From Podarcis erhardii (lineage: Eukaryota): a DNA stretch of 64,000 bases. Position numbers and translations under genes: made by a program. Positions 61,435 to 64,000 of this stretch are shown here, piece by piece; position 1 is the stretch's first letter, and each line of letters opens with the position of its first letter. The notes beneath the pieces were generated by a model. That model was given only the letters and a program-made list of their open reading frames with translations. It ran no database searches and was not told the origin of the DNA. The DNA is taken from assembly GCA_964252035.1 (NCBI GenBank), contig OZ176205.1; one strand, written 5' to 3'.

Positions 61435-61750
61435 AAGGGGCCATAGCCCAGTGGTAGAGTGGAAGGCATCAGGGTCAACTCCTGTCATCTCCAGGTAGGG
61501 CTGTGGAGAGACTCCTGTCTGAAACCCCGGAGAGCTGCTGCCAGTGAGTTCAGACAGTATTGAGCTAGATCAGCCTTTCTCAACCTGTGGGTCCCCACAG
61601 ATGTTGTTGAACTGCAACTCCCATCACCCCTAGCTAGCAAGGCCAGAGCTCAGGGATGATGGGAATTGTAGTCCAACAACATCTGGAGACCCACAGGTTG
61701 AAAACCACTAAGCTAGATGGTCCAGTGGCCCGACTCAGCTTCCTGTGTTT
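61435..61750 (+). mobile_element. tRNA-Ala SINE (Squam2-like) with inserted hAT MITE at 61571-61710
   Basis: The MITE is flanked by a perfect 8-bp TSD AGCTAGAT at 61563-61570 and 61711-61718. Confidence 0.85.
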
Positions 61751-62090
61751 TAAGACTGCATCATTCAGGAGAGGGGAATTCTGGTCAGTTACAGATAGAA
61801 AAGTTAGAGGAGGGGAAATGAAAGGGAGCCACATAATACAGATAAGGTCAGAAGATAGGCAGGCAAAGAGCAACTTCTTAAGCACACAGACTGGTAGCAT
61901 TGGGCAGGCATTCTAAAGCAGTTCTCAAAAAACAAACGAACACTTCCTTCTCAAAATAGCTGAGGTCATAATGACTTTGTAGGTCCGTCCGTCCCCCCCC
62001 CCCCTCCTCAAACTCACTCTTGGCCTTTCTGCCTGCTTATTCTTTCAGTATTGTAGAGTGCATTGTGACACGCCTGTGTGTTGTTTTCAG

Positions 62091-62101
62091 AAATGGAGTG
62101 A
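62091..62101 (+). CDS. ZHX3: ZHX3 terminal coding exon part (G+AA ATG GAG TGA, giving ...HVEME*)
   Basis: Acceptor tgtgttgttttcag ends at 62090. Phase-1 join gives E-M-E-stop, comparable in length to the short E-T-D-stop end I recall for human ZHX3. Confidence 0.75.
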
Positions 62102-64000
62102 ACCAGCCCTGCCTCCTCCGAAGGATCTGCTGCTAACTTTGTGAAGACTCAGCAGCTGTGGGCCTCATTCTGAAGGTCCTGAGGAAACACTGCCATAATG
62201 CCAAGATCATACTTTTGTAAAGCACATTGGGGAGTTAAGCAAGAGGGAACTGATTACTCAAGAAGACCTTATTTTTGTGTGTGGGAAGGGGCTCATTTTT
62301 GTATGTTTAGTTTTAGTCTAGCAGTCTGCTGCCTCGTCAAGCATAGGAGCAGAACTGCCACAGTGGCAAAAATTTCCTCTCTCTCAAATAGATTCTCCGT
62401 TTTTGTTTTCCAGTGGAAAATTTCTTCCTATTGGTATGGAAACGGTTTTTATTATATTACCGAGTGGCCTGCAAACAGGATCATGAATCTGGGGCATTGT
62501 GTTAAACGTTATTGTTTCATAGAACTGGACTATCATTGGCATAATACATTCATAATCTTTCAGTGTTTGTTCTCTGAAGGCTGAATCATTGCATATACAG
62601 AAAGAGAGAGACAGACATCCTTTCACCATTGAATCTCTAGGTATGGAAATAAAAGCTGCAACTGGCACCCACTCACCAGGGAGCAAGTCCCATTGAACTC
62701 TATGGAACTTCTGAGTTGACATAGGGTTGTGCTGCTAATCATGTGTGTGTGTTTTAGGGACAGCTCTGATGAGCAGTATTCCTAGTTTTTGTGCACAAAA
62801 CAAGGATAATAAGAATATGGCAAATTACAGCTATTCTAATTGGGCATTTGATGCATGCTAGTAGGGTGGAAATCTGGGGGTCGGGGGGGGGGGTTCGGAC
62901 AACAGCGACGACCCCGAACTCTGGCATCTGTCATTCATTCATCTTTTAATGACAAACAATGTGAGACTTTTCTGCAGCAGAATCTATTACTTGAATTAAT
63001 CTGCAAGTATATGAATCAATGCACTTTTAAAACACATCTTAATCCAGATCCCTTGTTTAAAGCAAGCAAACTTAATTTTTTTTATTAAGAAGACTATAAG
63101 GGGGGGGCATGAAAACATTTAGTAGGTAATCATCATATTTTGCATACCCCTACCCTACCTCTGTGTTTGGACCAGAATTGTGTTTTATCCCATACCTTAT
63201 TTCAGAGGGATGATCTGTTGGAAACTTTTGCCATTTCTCCCAGACTTCCTAGCCATTTATGAGCTGCTGCTCCCCCCCCTTTTTTTTTTTTGGTCAAGCA
63301 GCTTTGCGCTATCTTAATTGCACAATTAATCTTACATGGTTATAGTAGGTATGCTTCTCCCCCTACCTACCCAAGTCTTGGCCTCTTGTTGTTTTTTAAG
63401 TATTTTATTTAATTATTTTAATAGTATGGAAAAATTATAATTTAATGTGCTGGAGTTTATTTGTAGTGGCTGAAAACGTTTATTTAAGTGAGTCTGTTTG
63501 GTGGCACTAAGTAACTGTTATGCTGAGTGGTTATAGGGGAGTTTTCCCTTCCTTAGAACCACCTCAGGTATCTTCTCCAGAGGTAGCACTGGATCCAATC
63601 CCAGCTCTCTTACTGCACCTATGTTGCAGCCATCCCCAGCCTAGTGCCCCCAGATATTTTGGAATACTGTCTGCTCCAGATGGGCAGGGATCATCGGAAT
63701 TGTCCTCTCAGAACATCTAGAGGGGCACTGTGTTGATTGAAGGCTGCTGTACTGAGTATATCTCAAGTCTCTGGTTCAGAAAGGTTGTCTTTGTGTGATA
63801 CTTCGTTCCACCTAAATTTTGTTAGCTTGTGGATATCGTGTCCTCATGAATTCTTTCCCAAAAAGCATGACTGTATCTTGAGCCTTTAAATCACAAGTTT
63901 GTGTGTTTTGTCCAAGCCCCCTAAAGCACAACGTGGTATTTTTCAGTCTCAGAATGCACACATTGCGTGGAGTTCTTGGATTCTTAGTTTGGATCTTTTT
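62102..64000 (+). other. ZHX3: probable ZHX3 3' UTR (end not determined)
   Basis: Follows the inferred stop. An AATAAA at 62648-62653 is a possible but unsupported proximal poly(A) signal. Confidence 0.5.
63627..63746. mobile_element. degenerate hairpin hAT MITE
   Basis: Termini cagccatcccc / gaaggctg with internal inverted arms. Confidence 0.55.

Overview
This is vertebrate genomic DNA from a squamate, most likely a lacertid lizard, inferred from the Sauria SINE and Squam3-like SINE content. It holds one protein-coding gene, ZHX3, on the + strand. The gene has a CpG-island promoter and non-coding exon 1 (donor at 19569/19570), a probable non-coding exon 2 ending at 26737, a large coding exon (acceptor 57943, ATG 58090, donor 60886) and a last exon from 62091 that adds three codons and the stop. 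The rest is dense with short transposon remnants: CR1, L1, L2, RTE-BovB and Penelope fragments, four tRNA-SINE types, pogo/Tigger-type and hAT MITEs, and a solo LTR. Many have readable target-site duplications (TSDs) and are nested. The most interesting signal is two identical 97-bp Penelope-derived insertions, 1139 bp apart, each with its own TSD and an intact minimal hammerhead ribozyme core on the minus strand. Other notable signals are two CR1 copies truncated at the same point, CR1-tailed SINEs with different tRNA heads, hAT MITEs hitting the same SINE site, a uORF-rich ZHX3 leader and a 16-Gln tract in ZHX3. Nearly all short ORFs in the supplied track are spurious or TE-derived. Family names come from sequence recognition without database searches.
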